This document shows positions 25,541 through 28,086 of a stretch of 28,086 nt of DNA, piece after piece. The notes beneath the pieces are model-generated. The model searched no databases and was not told where the DNA came from. It saw nothing but the letters and a program-made list of their open reading frames with translations. The position numbers and the translations under genes were made by a program. Position 1 is the first letter of the stretch. Every line of letters begins with the position of its first letter. The DNA lies in NCBI GenBank assembly GCA_037446215.1, contig JBBIJB010000028.1, positions 1 through 28,086 of the forward strand, in the 5' to 3' direction. The DNA is from Armatimonadota bacterium. Its GTDB lineage: Bacteria > Sysuimicrobiota > Sysuimicrobiia > Sysuimicrobiales > Humicultoraceae.

Positions 25541-26737
25541 ATGGAGAGGCGCGGCGGAAGCAGTATCGGCGGCGGGTGGGCGGCAGCCCTTGAGAGCACG
25601 GCCGGGGAGTTCGGCGGTTGGGTAAACGGTCACACGCACCTTGATCGAGCGAACACCTTCTCGCCGGAGTTTCTCCAGCATGCCAACATAGACCCCGTCG
25701 GAGCGGCCGGGCTGTCCCTGCCGGTGAAGCAGATCCTCGTTGGCGAACTCCACAAGGGCCCGGCATACAACCCCGACAATCTGTACTGCCGGATGAAGGC
25801 GGAGCTGGAGCACATGGCCTCTTCCGGAGTCCGTGAGGTCGTCTCGTTTGTGGATGCCACCCCGGACATCGGGCTTACGGCCGTCGAGCAGGCGGCCAGG
25901 CTCCGTGAGGAGTTCAGGGGCCGACTGACGCTCAAGATCGCGGTCTCGCCGATATTCGGCTTCAAGAACCCGAAGGTCAAGTCGGACCGGTGGGACGTAT
26001 ATCGCGAGGCTGCCGAGAGCGCGGACATCCTGGGCGGGCTTCCGGCCAGGGACCGGGGAGAGGGCCGCGTCGGATTCGACGGGCACACGCGGATGATCCT
26101 GGAACTCGGCAGGAGCCTGGGCAAGCCGATCCACTTCCAGGTCGACCAGGACAACGACCCACGCGAGGAGGAGACCGAGCAGTTGGTCCAGGCGGTGCGG
26201 TGGATGGGCTCTCCCACCGTGGATGGCGAGAGCGGGCCGACGGTGTGGGCTGTGCATGCGATCTCGCCCTCCTGCTACGACGAGGGCCGCTTCCAGCGTC
26301 TGATCGACAACATGCTGGAACACCGGATCGGCGTAGTATCCTGCCCGACCGCGGCCCTGTCGATGTTCCAGTTGCGGCCCCTCTCCGCGCCGGTTCACAA
26401 CTCGATCGCCCGGCTGCTGGACATGATGGCCGCCGGGGTGCCGGTCCGGATAGGGACTGACAACATCTGCGACATCTTCATCCCGAACGGCGACGGCAGC
26501 GTGCTGAGCGAGGTCTGGGTGGCGGCGACCGCGCTGCGGTTCTACCACACAATGGTGTGGGCAAAGGTGGGAGCAGGCGTGGACCTGAACGAGGGCGACC
26601 GCGAGTGGATCAGACAGGCGCTGCAGCGGGCCAGGGACGGCTGGGGGAGCCTGCAGGCGGCGTTGGCCGGGGCCATGCCCAACGGCAGGACGGCGGTCCA
26701 CGCCCTGGACGGCAGCGCCGCGGGACGACTGCGCTGA
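25541..26737 (+). CDS. Metal-dependent amidohydrolase, cytosine-deaminase (CodA)-like (398 aa)
   Basis: WVNGHTHLD (HxH), SFVD, ADILGGLP, HFQVDQ, AVHAIS, VVSCPTA, GVPVRIGTDN..D.F.P.G.G. GGGAGG RBS. Confidence 0.85.
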   Translation: MERRGGSSIGGGWAAALESTAGEFGGWVNGHTHLDRANTFSPEFLQHANIDPVGAAGLSLPVKQILVGELHKGPAYNPDNLYCRMKAELEHMASSGVREVVSFVDATPDIGLTAVEQAARLREEFRGRLTLKIAVSPIFGFKNPKVKSDRWDVYREAAESADILGGLPARDRGEGRVGFDGHTRMILELGRSLGKPIHFQVDQDNDPREEETEQLVQAVRWMGSPTVDGESGPTVWAVHAISPSCYDEGRFQRLIDNMLEHRIGVVSCPTAALSMFQLRPLSAPVHNSIARLLDMMAAGVPVRIGTDNICDIFIPNGDGSVLSEVWVAATALRFYHTMVWAKVGAGVDLNEGDREWIRQALQRARDGWGSLQAALAGAMPNGRTAVHALDGSAAGRLR

Positions 26738-26861
26738 GCCCGGGATGGGATCCGGCCGCCGGAGCGCTCCCCGAAGAGGGATTCGGCGGCTCCCGGGCCG
26801 AAGGAGTCGGTCGAGGGGGAGCGGTCCCCGGAACCGACTCGCTCCGCAGGAGGTCAGAGAC

Positions 26862-28086
26862 GTGAAGAAGGCTTGGGTGCTGGGCATAGCAACTGCCGTG
26901 CTTCTGGCGGGTGTGGGCACGGCCGGCAGCCAACCCAGGGTGACGATCACCTACTGGCAGTACTTCTTCGAGAGCAAGGTCAAGCTGGTTGACCAGTTGA
27001 TAGCGCAGTTCGAGACGCAGAACCCCGGGGTCAAGGTCGTCCACGAGCACTTCCCGTACGATGCGTACAACCAGAAGGTCGCGAGCGCGGTTCCCGCGGG
27101 CCAGGGGCCGGACGTGATCAACCTGTTCTATGGGTGGGTGCCGCTGTACGTAGATAGCGGCTACCTCCAGCCCCTGCCCACCGACGCCTTCCCGCCGGTC
27201 CAGATCGAGCGTGACTACGTTCCGATGATCAAGGCCTCCAGGTTCGACGGCAAGTACTGGGCCCTCCCGACAGCGGTGCGCAGCCTGGCGCTCTTCTACA
27301 ACGCCGACCTGTTCCGGACCGCGGCCGTGGTACGACCTCCCGTGACCTGGGATGAGTTCCAGGGGGCCGCCGAGCGAATGACCGCGAGGGATGACAGAGG
27401 GCGGATCACGGTCCAGGGCTTCGGAATAGCCCCCTCTGGCCAGGACCACCACCTGCTGCGCGAGGTCCTGTTCCGCCAGTGGGGTGCCTCTCCGTACAGC
27501 GCGGACAATAGGCGGGTTACCTACGCCTCGACGGCCGGCGTCGAGGCGTTTCGCTGGTACACCGATCTCATCACGAAGTCGAAGATCGGCGCGATCGACT
27601 TCTTCCCTGGCGCCGGGGGCTACAGGAACTCCTTCATGGCAGGCCGGGCAGGCATGATCGTGGACGGCTCTTTTGCGATCGGAGCGATTCGGCGAGGAAC
27701 CAGGGCCGCGTGGGGCATAGCACCGCTCCCGGGCAAGACGGTTGGGGGTGCCCCCTCCAACTTCGGCTCGTACTGGGTCCACGGCCTGACGACGAAGGCC
27801 CAGGGCCCGCGGCGTGATCCGGCGACGGCGTTCCTTAAGTTCCTGGTCTCGGAGGGGACACAGCGTCTCTGGCTTGACGCCGTGGGCGAGCTACCCGCCT
27901 ACAAGCGGCTGGTCGAGGACCCCCGCCTCGCGGCCGATCCCAGCTTCGGGCCGTTCATCTCGGCGCTGCCGCACGCGCGCGCCACATTCTTCGTGGACGA
28001 GGCGGCCCAGAGGCAGGTCATCGTGGACGCGGTCAACGAGGTGGTGCTGAACAACAAGCCGCCTAAGCAGGCGCTCGAGGAGGCCG
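26862..28086 (+). CDS. ABC transporter substrate-binding protein, family 1 (CUT1-type); 3' end outside window
   Basis: Not in the ORF track because it has no stop in the window. Hand translation from GTG 26862 (AGGAGG at 26848-26853): MKKAWVLGIATAVLLAG...TITYWQYF...FETQNPGVKV...GQGPDVI...YWALP...LFYNADLF...PPVTWDEF...AFLKFL; open for 408 codons. Confidence 0.92.
   Translation, partial: MKKAWVLGIATAVLLAGVGTAGSQPRVTITYWQYFFESKVKLVDQLIAQFETQNPGVKVVHEHFPYDAYNQKVASAVPAGQGPDVINLFYGWVPLYVDSGYLQPLPTDAFPPVQIERDYVPMIKASRFDGKYWALPTAVRSLALFYNADLFRTAAVVRPPVTWDEFQGAAERMTARDDRGRITVQGFGIAPSGQDHHLLREVLFRQWGASPYSADNRRVTYASTAGVEAFRWYTDLITKSKIGAIDFFPGAGGYRNSFMAGRAGMIVDGSFAIGAIRRGTRAAWGIAPLPGKTVGGAPSNFGSYWVHGLTTKAQGPRRDPATAFLKFLVSEGTQRLWLDAVGELPAYKRLVEDPRLAADPSFGPFISALPHARATFFVDEAAQRQVIVDAVNEVVLNNKPPKQALEEA

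Noticed and set aside
25376..27782. 524-aa and 390-aa minus-strand ORFs
   Set aside because: Shadows of the amidohydrolase and the binding protein, which have RBSs and family motifs on the plus strand.
1..28086. CRISPR array, transposase, integrase, prophage or defence system
   Set aside because: No regularly spaced repeats and no recognisable mobile-element or defence protein motifs; nearly all coding space is explained by other genes.

Overview
A GC-rich (~70% by eye) bacterial chromosome segment, mostly core and housekeeping genes. I found no mobile element, prophage or CRISPR array. The left half holds a C-terminally broken dnaJ at the window edge, hrcA with a CIRCE operator, murJ, rpsT, holA, comEC and thrS. 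A full-length Thr T-box riboswitch is separated from thrS by an uncharacterised lipoprotein gene, followed by tRNA-Val(GAC). The middle holds a DUF2207 protein, a polar amino-acid ABC binding protein and permease, a glyoxylate/glycerate reductase, rlmD, a four-gene redox cluster, a Zn-alcohol dehydrogenase, a free-standing B3/B4 protein and a PflX-like radical-SAM pseudogene with several internal deletions. The right end holds DinB-family, EamA, orphan pilin-like and C45 peptidase genes. It ends with a PyrR-type attenuator in front of an atypical cytosine-deaminase-like amidohydrolase and a family-1 ABC binding protein that runs off the window. The best leads are this putative PyrR-controlled salvage/uptake operon and the lipoprotein placed under T-box control. 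All gene calls come from motif recognition only; no database search was run.
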